A stretch of 64,000 nt of DNA from assembly GCA_963765495.1 (NCBI GenBank), contig CAVXWP010000009.1:832001-896000 (forward strand), written 5' to 3'. The stretch comes from Blastocatellia bacterium. GTDB lineage: Bacteria > Acidobacteriota > Blastocatellia > UBA7656. The notes beneath the pieces were generated by a model that saw only the letters and a list, made by a program, of their open reading frames with translations, ran no database searches and was not told the origin of the DNA. Of the stretch, positions 42,963-53,542 are shown one piece after another; the first letter of the stretch is position 1, and each line of letters starts with the position of its first letter. The position numbers were made by a program, and so were the translations under genes.

Positions 42963-43787
42963 ATGGCTGAGGAGTTACCCGAAGAGATTGAAAGCTATCG
43001 TGACCGGATGTGGCGGCGCACGCCTGACCGGCGCGTAGAAAACGCCGTCGAAGCCGAGAGTCTGATCGAAGACCTCGGCTTTTGCTCTACACTGACAGAC
43101 GCTCGCCGCCCGGGGCCTTCTCTTTACATAGCCGTATGCGGACGGCGTGATGCTCACATGCCGCGCAATGTGCAGAAAGACCCGGAGGCCAGCCTCGCCT
43201 GGCAACTCAAGGATGAGGTGATGCGCAGGGGACGGATGTATTATGCAAAGCTCATCAAGGGACGTTCTACATTTATCGCGCCGCGTTTGATACCTCATTT
43301 CAATGCGCTTTTGGGAATGCCCCGTCGAAAGGAATCGACCGAACTCTCGACAGATGCCCGCATGATTTTGAAGATCCTGCGCCGCGAGTGGGAGATGGCC
43401 ACAAGCGATCTGCGCGCGGAAGCGGGCATATCTGAACGCGCTCGCGCTACGCGCGCTATTGACGAACTGCAAAAGGCGATGAAAGTGATACCGGCGGAGG
43501 TGCTCTACGAACCCTGGTTCACATACATCTGGATGATTGCCGAAGGGCGCTTTGCCGAAGCTTTGTCCGTCAAGGTCAAACGCGAAACGGCCCTGCGTGA
43601 AGTGGCTCGCGCATACCTGAAAGGTGCGGGCCAGACCGCTCGCGGAGAGCTGGCAAAGATCACAGGGCTCTCGCGTGTGGAAGCGGGAAAGGGCAACCAC
43701 TCGCTGGTGGACGAAGGCTTCGCCGAACGGTTAGGAGTGGGGGTTTATCGCCTGAAGGAATTAAAAGAGAGTCTTGTTGAATCCTGA
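42963..43787 (+). CDS. AlkZ/YcaQ-related winged-helix protein
   Basis: WQLKDE...YYAK...R.TFI pattern and helical HTH segments. Confidence 0.6.
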   Translation: MAEELPEEIESYRDRMWRRTPDRRVENAVEAESLIEDLGFCSTLTDARRPGPSLYIAVCGRRDAHMPRNVQKDPEASLAWQLKDEVMRRGRMYYAKLIKGRSTFIAPRLIPHFNALLGMPRRKESTELSTDARMILKILRREWEMATSDLRAEAGISERARATRAIDELQKAMKVIPAEVLYEPWFTYIWMIAEGRFAEALSVKVKRETALREVARAYLKGAGQTARGELAKITGLSRVEAGKGNHSLVDEGFAERLGVGVYRLKELKESLVES

Positions 43788-43818
43788 AAAATCCTCTTAA
43801 TCCTGTCCAAATTTCCGA

Positions 43819-44922
43819 TCAGACATCTAATTCGGTCTCTGCCAGATAGCGGGCGGCATCGGTCGGATTTAGCGGATTGATGTAAATCCCGCTGCCCTGC
43901 TCGAACCCCGCCCAGATGGTCGTCCTGACAAGTATCTCTATATGCCAGTGGAAATCGTCTCTGATCGTAGTGTAATCGCCCGCTCTCGGTCTTACGCTCA
44001 GATTCGGCGCAGAGTGTATATAGAAATTATAGGGCGGGTTGCCGAGCAATTTGTAGACTTTCATCAGCACGGTTTTCAAGATGTCGGCAAGTTCCATACG
44101 CTCTTCGGGCGTAGTCTGTATAAAGGTGTGCTGATGCGTCTTTGGAAGTATGTGAATCTCGTAAGGCATACGAGCGGCAAACGGGATATAAGCGACGAAC
44201 TTTTCATTTTCCGCCACCACGCGATCCCGCTGGCGCACCTCGACAAAGATCGTGCCGTCAGGATTGTATATTCGGTTCTCGTAATAGAAAAGCTGCTCGA
44301 TCTGTCGACACCACATACAGCCCTCGCCGTTTTGAAAGTGCTGCTTGGCTACGATGAGCTTGCCCTTGAGCGCATCCGGCACAACCGTTGTGGCGATTAT
44401 CTGCGCGTGCGGATGAGTCAGAGAAGCGCCCGCCGCCTTGCCGTGATTCTTGAATATCAGGACATATTTCAGTTTGGGGTCGCGTTCCAGGTCGACGTGA
44501 CGTTCCCACCAGGTATCTATGATCCGGGCAATCTGTTCGGGCGGTTGTTGCTCGAGATAAATATCGTGGTTAGGCGATTCGATAGCCACTTCGTGCGCGC
44601 CATATCCGGTAGCTATCTGAAACATTCCAACTTGCCGAACATTGATTTCGTTAAAGATTCCAAAGGCGGGAAACTTGTTCGGCACCACGCGGGTGAGCCA
44701 GCCCGAAGAATTTGGCGGTTCTCCGTTTTTGCGAATCGTAAAGATCTCGGGCGGCGTCTGTTCCTCGTGTCCGTAGCAAAACGGGCATCGCGCCCGCGCT
44801 TCGGGGTTTTCCTCTTCGCGCCGAGGGGTTGGGGCTTCGGGTCGCTGGGCGCGCGCGGTTGAAATGATTACCCATCGCCCGGTGACCGGGTCTTTTCGGA
44901 GTTCTGGATTTAGGGATGTCAT
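43819..44922 (-). CDS. galT: Galactose-1-phosphate uridylyltransferase family
   Basis: ELRKDPVTGRWV, CPFC, VPNKFPA, GASLTHPHAQ, FHWHIE. Confidence 0.9.
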   Translation of the reverse strand: MTSLNPELRKDPVTGRWVIISTARAQRPEAPTPRREEENPEARARCPFCYGHEEQTPPEIFTIRKNGEPPNSSGWLTRVVPNKFPAFGIFNEINVRQVGMFQIATGYGAHEVAIESPNHDIYLEQQPPEQIARIIDTWWERHVDLERDPKLKYVLIFKNHGKAAGASLTHPHAQIIATTVVPDALKGKLIVAKQHFQNGEGCMWCRQIEQLFYYENRIYNPDGTIFVEVRQRDRVVAENEKFVAYIPFAARMPYEIHILPKTHQHTFIQTTPEERMELADILKTVLMKVYKLLGNPPYNFYIHSAPNLSVRPRAGDYTTIRDDFHWHIEILVRTTIWAGFEQGSGIYINPLNPTDAARYLAETELDV

Positions 44923-45007
44923 GCTGCTCCTTATGAAATCTGAATCTTTTGCCCACGTATAGACATAGCAAGTGATTATGAGCCGGGAGACCGGTCGTAT
45001 ATGAATT

Positions 45008-45177
45008 CGGATAATCTCCCATTCCCTTCGAGGCCGTTCGCACGTCAGATCCAGGCAGATGATTGCGGTCTGCCTGATAAACGCAACCGATGTGGGCGAG
45101 CGTCAAATATACGATTGCGCGAGCCAAGCGTCAATCGAATGTTGCGGCCTGCCGGTGAAGCAGGAGGTGATTGCCCG
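45008..45177. ncRNA. Candidate structured RNA of about 170 nt, family unassigned
   Basis: Nested pairings CGGATAATC/GATTGCCCG, CTTC/GAAG, AGGCCG/CGGCCT, CAGGCAGA/TCTGCCTG, CGATTG/CAATCG in a divergent intergenic region. Confidence 0.4.
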
Positions 45178-45300
45178 TCGCGGCCGATTTCCACTTATCA
45201 TGGGTTATCTCAATCTGGTAAACTTTACACAGGCATGTGAAGCATACGCTCCAACCCGACTTATTTTAAGACGTGCCATGTAAACAGATTCGGAGGATTT

Positions 45301-46515
45301 ATGAAGTCTTTTACGCCCGTGCGAGTGACAGCCGTAGTCATTCTTTTAGCGGCGCTTTTGACCGGTTCGTTTATCAAAGGCCCGGTCGTCGAAGCGCAGA
45401 GCGGACGCCAGCCGCCCAGGAAGAAAGTCGAAAAGAAGATCGAAGAGCAGAAAGGAAATCCGCAGCAGGACAAATCACAACAGCAGGAACCGGAAGAGCC
45501 GGTCCCACCCGTCCCGCGCGATTTCAAAGACCAGCCAGCGCTCAAGCTTTCGACTCAGGTGGTCAACGTGGATGTCACGGTAGCGGATAAGAAATCCAAA
45601 CAGCTTCTGACCAACCTTACCAGGAAAAACTTCATTATCTACGAAGACGGCGTCAAACAGGAAATCACCAACTTTTCAAGCGGTGAAGGCCCCATCACAG
45701 TGGCGCTTGTGATCGATAACGGATTTCAAAATCGCCGATGGCAAGGCTGGTACACACCCTCGCTCGCGCAAGAAATTTTCGTATCTGCTGCCACCTTCGT
45801 TCGCAACTTCATGCGCCCTGAGGATTACGGCGCGGTAGTCACCTTTAGCATGAAGATAAAGGTAGTGCAGGATTTTACGAGTGACGGCAATAAGCTTTAC
45901 GGCGCTATAGTAGACGCTTCGCGCGACACGCTGAACTTCAGCGAGTCAAACATTTACGATGCGCTTGCTTTTACGCTGACGGGCGGCAAGGCCATACAGT
46001 TGTTTGAAGAGAAGGCGGGCGAAAACGAATACATGGGGCTGAATGAGATCGAAGGCCACACGGCAGCCATCCTCATCACCCACGGCATAGACACATTCAG
46101 CAAGCTCACCTTTGATAAGGCGCTGAAGATCGTCTCGAGCGCGGGTGTCCCCGTATTCACGGTCGGCGTGGGCAATCTGCGATACAAAAAGCTCGAACCA
46201 TACATGGCCCCCGAAGACCGCCTGACATGGTTGATGGCATTCAATCAACTCAGAGCATTTGCCGAACGAAGCGGAGGTGAGTATTACCCCATGACGTTCG
46301 AGGGCGAAATACCGACCATCATGCACGACATAGAGGTGCGACTGCGCAATCAGTACAGCGTCGGATACGTCCCGTCAAACACAAGGCGCGAAGGCAAGGA
46401 GCGCAAGATCAAGATAGAGATAGACCTGGACGGCGACGGCAACCCCGACACAAAACAACTGGAAATGAATTATCGACAGCGCTATGTCGAGCCGGATGAG
46501 AATCCCAAGAATTAG
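45301..46515 (+). CDS. Secreted VWA-domain protein, acidobacterial type
   Basis: Signal peptide, LKLSTQVVNVDVTV, F.IYEDGVKQEI, LRNQYSVGY.PSN. Confidence 0.85.
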   Translation: MKSFTPVRVTAVVILLAALLTGSFIKGPVVEAQSGRQPPRKKVEKKIEEQKGNPQQDKSQQQEPEEPVPPVPRDFKDQPALKLSTQVVNVDVTVADKKSKQLLTNLTRKNFIIYEDGVKQEITNFSSGEGPITVALVIDNGFQNRRWQGWYTPSLAQEIFVSAATFVRNFMRPEDYGAVVTFSMKIKVVQDFTSDGNKLYGAIVDASRDTLNFSESNIYDALAFTLTGGKAIQLFEEKAGENEYMGLNEIEGHTAAILITHGIDTFSKLTFDKALKIVSSAGVPVFTVGVGNLRYKKLEPYMAPEDRLTWLMAFNQLRAFAERSGGEYYPMTFEGEIPTIMHDIEVRLRNQYSVGYVPSNTRREGKERKIKIEIDLDGDGNPDTKQLEMNYRQRYVEPDENPKN

Positions 46516-46606
46516 GCAAAAGGGCAAAGGACAGAGGGCAGAGGGCAGAGGGCGTTTAGCTCTTCGTTCCTTGCGCTTTGCTCTTTGCCCTTTGCCCTTT
46601 GCCCTT
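46515..46606. repeat. (GGGCARA)n / (TTTGCCC)n heptamer inverted repeat
   Basis: Tandem 7-mers with a complementary block. Confidence 0.75.
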
Positions 46607-46608
46607 TT

Positions 46609-47370
46609 ATGCAATTAGAGATTCAGTTTCCCACAGCCGAAGAACCCGATTTGAATGTTATATTCGAGAAGGCGTTGCGCGAGGCGGTAAAAAAAGAGCC
46701 GCGCCCGCAATTTGAAGCTAGTTTCTATCCCTATACGGGGTTATCATCGACCATAAGATTGCGAGAAGGACGCATCTATGTCCGCATCTCGGATATACTT
46801 CGCTCGTCGCCTCCCGAAATTCTCCACGCGCTGGCTCGCATACTGCTCGCAAAGCTCTACAGATCGAAACCGTCGAAAGAGCACGAACGCATCTACCGCG
46901 AATATACCTTGCTGCCGGAGGTGCTCGAAGCATCCGACTCGTCTCGGCGCGAGCGAGGTTATAAGCTCACGACTTCGCCGCAAGGTAAGGTCTACGATCT
47001 GGAAGAGTTATTCGCCCTGCTCAACGAACGTTACTTCGAAGGAAGGCTTGAGCGGCCCGTGCTGTCGTGGAGTCAGCAGAAGACGGGCCGGGTACTGGGC
47101 CATCACGATTACGTTCACGAGGCTATAATAGTCAGCCGCACACTCGATGACGCCGCCATACCCCGATTCGTAGTCGAATATGTGCTATACCACGAAATGC
47201 TGCACATAAAGCATCCTCCGCGCGTGGCGGGCAATCGCACGATTTACCACAGCAGCCAGTTTCGTGCCGACGAGCGCCGATTCGAGCAGTTTGATGAAGC
47301 GCTAGAGTGGATGGAGAAGCTCGCAAAGCCTGTGCGCCGCAAACGCAGAAAGACCAGACGCTCGCGATGA
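46609..47370 (+). CDS. SprT-like/YgjP-like zinc metallopeptidase
   Basis: YVLYHEMLH...H...FRADE. Confidence 0.8.
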   Translation: MQLEIQFPTAEEPDLNVIFEKALREAVKKEPRPQFEASFYPYTGLSSTIRLREGRIYVRISDILRSSPPEILHALARILLAKLYRSKPSKEHERIYREYTLLPEVLEASDSSRRERGYKLTTSPQGKVYDLEELFALLNERYFEGRLERPVLSWSQQKTGRVLGHHDYVHEAIIVSRTLDDAAIPRFVVEYVLYHEMLHIKHPPRVAGNRTIYHSSQFRADERRFEQFDEALEWMEKLAKPVRRKRRKTRRSR

Positions 47371-47534
47371 TGAGAAGTTAATATCTCAGGGAACAAAATT
47401 CTTTCGCGAGCGTTAAAAAAATATGAGCGAATGATTCGGATAAAAGATGGAAGGAAGTAGAGCAGGATGTGTCAAACATTTCTTCCACTTAAATCAGAAC
47501 CTGAGTTCAGAGCAGATAATCCTTCTCCTTGGGA

Positions 47535-47560
47535 ACGGGGCGCTTATGGGGGCGCCCCGT
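47535..47560. terminator. GC-rich hairpin
   Basis: ACGGGGCGCT-TATGG-GGGCGCCCCGT. Confidence 0.45.
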
Positions 47561-47979
47561 ATCACTTCAGACAGTCAGTGACAAGTAATCGGTATCTTTA
47601 ATCCAGTATAATTCTGATCCGCGAATTTCAAATATTCGAACCTGTATTTTGTGAGGCTTAATGGCTCTACGAATTCGATTGCCAATCATCATCATCTAAA
47701 AAGATTTGGTATTGGATTCAAGAAATTGGATCACACACCTTTCCGATTTTTTTTGAAACTTCACAGAATACTTCGCGTTTATGAAGGTGTGAGTGAAGAA
47801 CGGCGACGATCTGCGATAGATTTTAAGTGCGCCTGAACATCGCGGATCGAAGCCTTGTTAATCGTTGTCGCTTTGGGGTGAATCCTCCTCATAAAACTCA
47901 CCGGGCGCTGCGGAATAAGCGTTAGTTCTCCTCAACTAAATCAACCGCAGCGCTCGATCTTTTTTCAAGAACTTTCCCG

Positions 47980-49134
47980 CTAATCCAGTCGCTTGTGAAA
48001 TCTTAAGGCGCTCATCCCCATTATTATTAAGCCAAAGACAGACAGCGCCAATATCTGAGGCCACAGGGCCGCTATGCCTGTACCTTTTAGAAATATGCCG
48101 CGAACGATCTCTACGAAATAGCGAAGCGGGTCCAGATAGCTGAGGTACTGGATCGCCACGGGCATGTTGCGGATCGGAAACGCGAACCCGCTCAACATGA
48201 AGGCCGGTTGAAAAAAGAAGAACGAGCCCATCATCGCCTGTTGCTGAGTCTGCGACACGGTTGATATGAAAAGACCCACTCCAAGCGACGTAAGCAAAAA
48301 CAGTATCGCGCAGCCGAGAAGCAACAATGCGCTTCCCCTGAACGGGATTCGAAATATCAGCAGGGCCGCCGATGTCACAAGTATCAGGTCCAGCAACCCT
48401 ATTGCCGCAAACGGAAGCGTCTTGCCTATAAGCAACTCGATTGGTCGAATGGGCGTCACCATCAATTGCTCCATTGTGCCTATCTCTTTTTCGCGCACAA
48501 TCGCCATAGCCGTCAGCATCAGCGTAACCAGCGCGATTACGTTGACGATTATTCCCGGCACGAAATAGTTGCGGCTCAAGAGTTCGGGATTGAACCAGAC
48601 CCTCGTGTCGGCTACGAGCACAGGCACGTGTGGGACAGCGGGCGCGGGAGAGGCCGTAGTCGCAGACCTGGATTGCGCGGCCTGGACCTTCTGGGCGTAG
48701 GCGCTTATGACCTGCGTGGCATAGCTTGAGATTATAGACGCGGTATTGGAATTCGATCCGTCAACCAGTATCTGAACCGATGTCGGGGTGCCGCGCGAAA
48801 CATCCCGCGCAAAACCGGGCAGCACGCGAATGATTGCCTGCACCTCGCCCCGGTCGAGCAGGTCGCGCACCTCGTCTTCGGTTGTCGGAAAATGTGTTAT
48901 GTCGAAATTCTGCGATCCTGAAAAATATGATTGCAGATCGCGGCTCGCCGGTGTGCGGTCCATATCCATCCAGGCTATGCGAGCGTGCTCTACGTCCAGA
49001 TTTACGGCAAACCCAAAGATGATGAGTTGCACGACGGGCGGGACGATGAGAACGAAACGCATGCGCGGGTCGCGCAGCACCTGCAAGAGTTCTTTTCTGA
49101 GAATTTCTCTGATTCGTCCCCACATATCCTTCAC
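47980..49134 (-). CDS. ABC-2 permease (YbhR-like)
   Basis: RVWFNPEL.S..YFVPG, REKEIGTMEQL. Confidence 0.9.
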   Translation of the reverse strand: MKDMWGRIREILRKELLQVLRDPRMRFVLIVPPVVQLIIFGFAVNLDVEHARIAWMDMDRTPASRDLQSYFSGSQNFDITHFPTTEDEVRDLLDRGEVQAIIRVLPGFARDVSRGTPTSVQILVDGSNSNTASIISSYATQVISAYAQKVQAAQSRSATTASPAPAVPHVPVLVADTRVWFNPELLSRNYFVPGIIVNVIALVTLMLTAMAIVREKEIGTMEQLMVTPIRPIELLIGKTLPFAAIGLLDLILVTSAALLIFRIPFRGSALLLLGCAILFLLTSLGVGLFISTVSQTQQQAMMGSFFFFQPAFMLSGFAFPIRNMPVAIQYLSYLDPLRYFVEIVRGIFLKGTGIAALWPQILALSVFGLIIMGMSALRFHKRLD

Positions 49135-50264
49135 GCAATCTTCTGCCTGAGCCTGCGCGCAGCCACAAGGCCTATAACAGTAGCGTACAGAATCAGGAAC
49201 CCGACCTCTCCCCAGAGAACTTCGATCCCGATGCCCTTGAGAAAAACTCCCTTGAGTATGGTCACAAAATAACGCGCCGGAACGATATGAGTAATTATCT
49301 GTATGACGGTCGGCATGTTCTCAATCGAATAAACGAATCCCGAAAGCAAAAAGGCGGGTAAGAAAGATGAAACCAGACTCATCTGATAGGCCAGCAACTG
49401 TGACCGGGCCACAGCCGAAATGAAGACTCCCCACAGCAGCGCGCCGAAAAGAAAGATGCAGCTTGTCAGGATCAGAAACAGGGCGCTTCCGCGAAACGGC
49501 ACGCGATAGATCAGCAAGGCTACAACAAGCGCGATAATGAGGTCCACGATCCCTATGCTAAAAAAGGCCGATACCTTGCCGACTATCAATTCCGACGGGC
49601 GAACCGGCGTCGAAATCAATTGCTCCATAGTGCCGTTTTCCCACTCGCGCGCAATCGTGAGCGATGTCAAAAGCGCGGCGATTATCATCAATATGACCGC
49701 GATCAAACCCGGCACGATGTAGTTCTTCGACTCCAACTGGCTGTTGTACCAGACTCTCAGGCGCGGTTCGACAGGCGGCGAGATTTGCCTGCCTGCTTTC
49801 TGGTTCATCGCCTCCAATCGCATTTCGATTGCGTAGGCCTGGACTACGCCCTCGGCATAGCCCTTGGCAATCGAAGCGGTATTTGAATCGCTGCCGTCCA
49901 GAATCAGCTGGATGTCGGTCTCCTTGCCCGACAGCAGATTGCGCGAGTAGTCCACGGGGATAACCACCGCAAGCAGACATTCATCCCTGTCTATGGAGCT
50001 TTCTATGCTCTCATAATCGCTCACCATCGCTTTGATATCGAAGTAGCGTGAGGCCCGAAAGCGCGAAATCAGATCGGTGCTTTCGGGGCTGTGATCCTGA
50101 TCGTAAATGAGAGTCTGTATGCGGTCTACGTCGAGCGTCAGCGCATAGCCGAAAAGCAGGAGCAAGAGAAAGGGCAGCCCGAGCGCCATCCCGAGACTTC
50201 TGGGATCGCGCAGGATGTGAATAAACTCCTTTCGGGCCACAGCTCGCGTCCGCCGCAAATTCAT
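49131..50264 (-). CDS. ABC-2 permease (YbhS-like)
   Basis: RVWYNSQLES..YIVPG, REWENGTMEQL. Confidence 0.9.
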   Translation of the reverse strand: MNLRRTRAVARKEFIHILRDPRSLGMALGLPFLLLLLFGYALTLDVDRIQTLIYDQDHSPESTDLISRFRASRYFDIKAMVSDYESIESSIDRDECLLAVVIPVDYSRNLLSGKETDIQLILDGSDSNTASIAKGYAEGVVQAYAIEMRLEAMNQKAGRQISPPVEPRLRVWYNSQLESKNYIVPGLIAVILMIIAALLTSLTIAREWENGTMEQLISTPVRPSELIVGKVSAFFSIGIVDLIIALVVALLIYRVPFRGSALFLILTSCIFLFGALLWGVFISAVARSQLLAYQMSLVSSFLPAFLLSGFVYSIENMPTVIQIITHIVPARYFVTILKGVFLKGIGIEVLWGEVGFLILYATVIGLVAARRLRQKIA

Positions 50265-51238
50265 GCAGTCTTTCGCTCCTCTTCCTCTATCAATCCTACA
50301 AAGACATCTTCCATCGAAGGCGAGATAACTTCGAGCCGCTCTATCTTGATGCCCTTAGCTTCGAGAATGGATCTTATCCGATCCTTTGCCTCATCTGCCG
50401 ACTCGACCGTTATGTGCAATCCGCTTCCAAAAACCGCGACATCTAGTAGCCTCTCCTGGCCTTCGAGCGATTCGAGGCTGTCGATCAAATCAGACGTATC
50501 GAGTTGTAAAAGTGTATTGGAGTACATCTGATTCTTTAACCGTTCGGGCGGCCCAAGCGCGATTATTCTCCCCTGATACATCAACGCGAGGCGATGGCAA
50601 TACTCGGCCTCATCCATATAATGCGTGGTCACGAATATGGTGTGGCCGCTCTCGGAAAGCCTGTAAATCAGGTCCCAGAAATCTCGCCGCGCTATTGGGT
50701 CCACGCCCGATGTCGGCTCGTCCAGAAAGAGAATGGGCGGCTCGTGCAGGATGGCGCACGAGAGCGCGAGTCGTTGTTTCCATCCTCCCGGCAGCACAGC
50801 GGTTTTGGCAGTTCTCCTGTCTTCAAGCCCGGCCATCTCCAGGGCGTAGGCTTTGCGTTCGTCGCGCCGCTTAACGGGCACTCCATAAATGCCGCTGAAA
50901 AAATTGATGTTCTCTTCAACCGTCAAATCGTCGTAGAGCGAAAATTTCTGAGACATATATCCGATGTGTTTCTTCACCTGCTCAGACTCGGTGACCACAT
51001 CGAAGCCGCTCACAACCGCCTGCCCGCTCGTTGGCTGAAGCAGACCGCAAAGTATGCGAATGGTCGTAGATTTGCCCGCGCCGTTCGAGCCGAGAAAGCC
51101 GAATATTTCCCCGCGACCGACCGACAGAGAGATATGATCTACGGCCGTGAAATCGCCGAATTTCTTGACCAGGTCTTTGACCTCGACGGCGGTCGTTTCC
51201 GACTCACTCGCCGTTGTTTGACTGCCGGGTTCCTTCAT
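50261..51238 (-). CDS. ABC transporter ATP-binding protein
   Basis: GSNGAGKST, LPGGWKQR, LDEPT. Confidence 0.92.
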   Translation of the reverse strand: MKEPGSQTTASESETTAVEVKDLVKKFGDFTAVDHISLSVGRGEIFGFLGSNGAGKSTTIRILCGLLQPTSGQAVVSGFDVVTESEQVKKHIGYMSQKFSLYDDLTVEENINFFSGIYGVPVKRRDERKAYALEMAGLEDRRTAKTAVLPGGWKQRLALSCAILHEPPILFLDEPTSGVDPIARRDFWDLIYRLSESGHTIFVTTHYMDEAEYCHRLALMYQGRIIALGPPERLKNQMYSNTLLQLDTSDLIDSLESLEGQERLLDVAVFGSGLHITVESADEAKDRIRSILEAKGIKIERLEVISPSMEDVFVGLIEEEERKTA

Positions 51239-52193
51239 CAGCCTGCCCCTTTGATGCCTTGCGCGAAAGGGCAATAAATACATCCTCAAGCGAAGGCGTT
51301 ATCTGTTTGAACTCTGCCTGTCCGACGCCCTTTTCACTCAGCCGCTTTTGAATCTCCTGAATCGATGTCTCTGACGGCGCTAAAAACAGGTGAAGCGTAG
51401 CGCCCGAAGGCTCTACGCTCACGACCCCTTCGATATTTTCGAGGGCCGTCCTGACCGCCCTTTGATCCGAAGAACGGACTTCGTAACAGACCTCTTCCAG
51501 TTCGTGTTTGAGCGCATCTGGTGTGTCACATCGGATCAATCGACCGCGATACATGAAGCCCACACGGTTGCAGCGTTCAGCCTCATCCAGATAAGCGGTG
51601 GTCAGGAAAACCGTGAGACCATCCCTCACCAGTTGGTAGAGTATGGCCCAGAAATCTCTGCGGCTCACGGGGTCTACACCGTTTGTCGGCTCGTCCAGGA
51701 ACAAAATCTGCGGACGATGCAGCAGGGTGCACATCAGCGCGAGCTTCTGCTTCATCCCGCCCGATAGTCTCCCCGCGCGTCGTTTGCGAAAAGGGTCCAT
51801 CCGCGTCATCTTGAGAAGATTCGTCATCAACTCTTCGCGCTCGCTACCGACTATGTCGAACAGATCAGAGTAAAACTGCATATTCTCTTCCACGGTCAGG
51901 TCGCTGTAGAGGCCAAACCTCTGCGCCATATAACCTATCCGATCTTTGACCGCGTCGGGGTCTCGCGCCACATCGTACCCGGCTATCGAAGCCCCGCCTT
52001 CGGTGATCTCCATCAGGGTGCAGAGCATTCTGAGCGTAGTAGTCTTTCCTGCCCCGTCAGGCCCTACGAGGCCGAATATCTCTCCGCGAGCGATTTCCAG
52101 ATCGAGATGATCCACGGCGGTCAAGTCTCCGAACCGCCGCGTGAGATCGGTGATCTTGATAATCGTGCTGTCGCTTGAATCTGGTGCAGTCAT
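51204..52193 (-). CDS. ABC transporter ATP-binding protein
   Basis: GPDGAGKTT, LSGGMKQK, LDEPT. Confidence 0.92.
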   Translation of the reverse strand: MTAPDSSDSTIIKITDLTRRFGDLTAVDHLDLEIARGEIFGLVGPDGAGKTTTLRMLCTLMEITEGGASIAGYDVARDPDAVKDRIGYMAQRFGLYSDLTVEENMQFYSDLFDIVGSEREELMTNLLKMTRMDPFRKRRAGRLSGGMKQKLALMCTLLHRPQILFLDEPTNGVDPVSRRDFWAILYQLVRDGLTVFLTTAYLDEAERCNRVGFMYRGRLIRCDTPDALKHELEEVCYEVRSSDQRAVRTALENIEGVVSVEPSGATLHLFLAPSETSIQEIQKRLSEKGVGQAEFKQITPSLEDVFIALSRKASKGQADEGTRQSNNGE

Positions 52194-52328
52194 CTCGGTT
52201 ATACAGCCAGTTCACGATTGTGCAAACGGGAATAGCCCAGGGATTTGACGGATGCGACGGATTTTCACGGATCAGTTCATATCTGCCACTCTCGTGTTGA
52301 TCTGTTGCGCATACTTGCTTTCAGCCGC

Positions 52329-53513
52329 CTATTTCTGATTAAGCGAGATCACAGCATCCGCGGGCATATTGGATTTCAATTCGCGGTTTGGATTCTCCAC
52401 GTCAATCTTGATTCGATAGACAAGCTTTGCCCTCTCTTCGGGCGTCTGAATCTGCTTTGGCGTAAATTCGGCCTCGGAGGAGATAAAGGTGATCTGCCCG
52501 GAATAGACTTTGCCGGGAAATGAATCGGTCGTCACTTTGACTTTGTCTCCGAGGTGCACGCGCCCGAGATCGCCCTCAGAGACATATCCGCGCAACCAGG
52601 GATGGGATACGTCGCCTATTGTGAGGACAGCCGTTCCGGCAGCCACGACTTCGCCCACTTCGGCCGATTTTACAAGCACTACGCCGTCAATCGGGCTTAT
52701 AGCTTCTGTGTCTTTCAATTGCTCTTCGATGACCGCGAGTTCCGCCTTTGCGCGTTCGATGTCAGCGCGCGCCGATTCCAACTGCTGCTGCTTCTGCTTG
52801 ACCTCAAGCCGTCCGGCTTCGGTCGTCCTCAGGGACGCCTGTGCCCGCGCCACCTGCGCCCTTGCCGCGTCGATATCCTCGCGTCTTGGCCCTTCCAAAA
52901 CTAGCGCGAGTTGCTCTTCGGCCTGCTTTAGTTGAGCGGCGGCAGTCTCGTATCGCGTCTTGTATTGGTCGTAAAGCTGGGCCGAAATATCTCTGGTTTC
53001 GTAAAGCGATTTCCCCCGTTCGTAATCGGTTCTGGCCAGTTCATATTCGCTACGGGCGCGGGTTACCACGGCCCGCGCCTGTGCGATTTCCTGAGAGCGC
53101 GAACCGGCTTCCAGTTGTCGCAACTGCGCCTGAGTCTGCTGCAATTCCGCCTGCCGTTGCCCTATCTGACCCTCGGTGGTTTCGCTCTGCAACTGGATAG
53201 CGGTCTGTAGCTGATCCATCTGAGACTGGGCTGCCTGAAGAGTCGCCTGAGCGCGATCACGCTGGCCTTCAAGCTGGGCCCGGTCGAGTCGGGCTACCAC
53301 CATTCCTTTATGTGCATCATCGCCTTCGTCTATGAGAAGCTCAACAAGTTTGCCGGGCGTCTTGAAGGCAATGTCGGTTTCGGTGAGTTCGATGTTGCCG
53401 GAAACCGATATCTCGCCCGCGTCGCTTTTCCTGAACCAGCTGCAAGAAACGACCCCCATACTCAAAACGGCAAAGAGAACTATGAAAATCAATTTTCGAT
53501 CCTGTTCGATCAT
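52329..53513 (-). CDS. HlyD/YbhG membrane-fusion protein, lipoprotein
   Basis: VVSC lipobox, SGNIE, coiled-coil, AEFTPKQIQT. Confidence 0.9.
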   Translation of the reverse strand: MIEQDRKLIFIVLFAVLSMGVVSCSWFRKSDAGEISVSGNIELTETDIAFKTPGKLVELLIDEGDDAHKGMVVARLDRAQLEGQRDRAQATLQAAQSQMDQLQTAIQLQSETTEGQIGQRQAELQQTQAQLRQLEAGSRSQEIAQARAVVTRARSEYELARTDYERGKSLYETRDISAQLYDQYKTRYETAAAQLKQAEEQLALVLEGPRREDIDAARAQVARAQASLRTTEAGRLEVKQKQQQLESARADIERAKAELAVIEEQLKDTEAISPIDGVVLVKSAEVGEVVAAGTAVLTIGDVSHPWLRGYVSEGDLGRVHLGDKVKVTTDSFPGKVYSGQITFISSEAEFTPKQIQTPEERAKLVYRIKIDVENPNRELKSNMPADAVISLNQK

Positions 53514-53542
53514 AGCTTTCCCCCGACTGGCCATCTGACGGC

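Noticed and set aside
47400-47950. Short ORFs in an AT-rich intergenic region
   Set aside because: No homology cues or convincing translation signals
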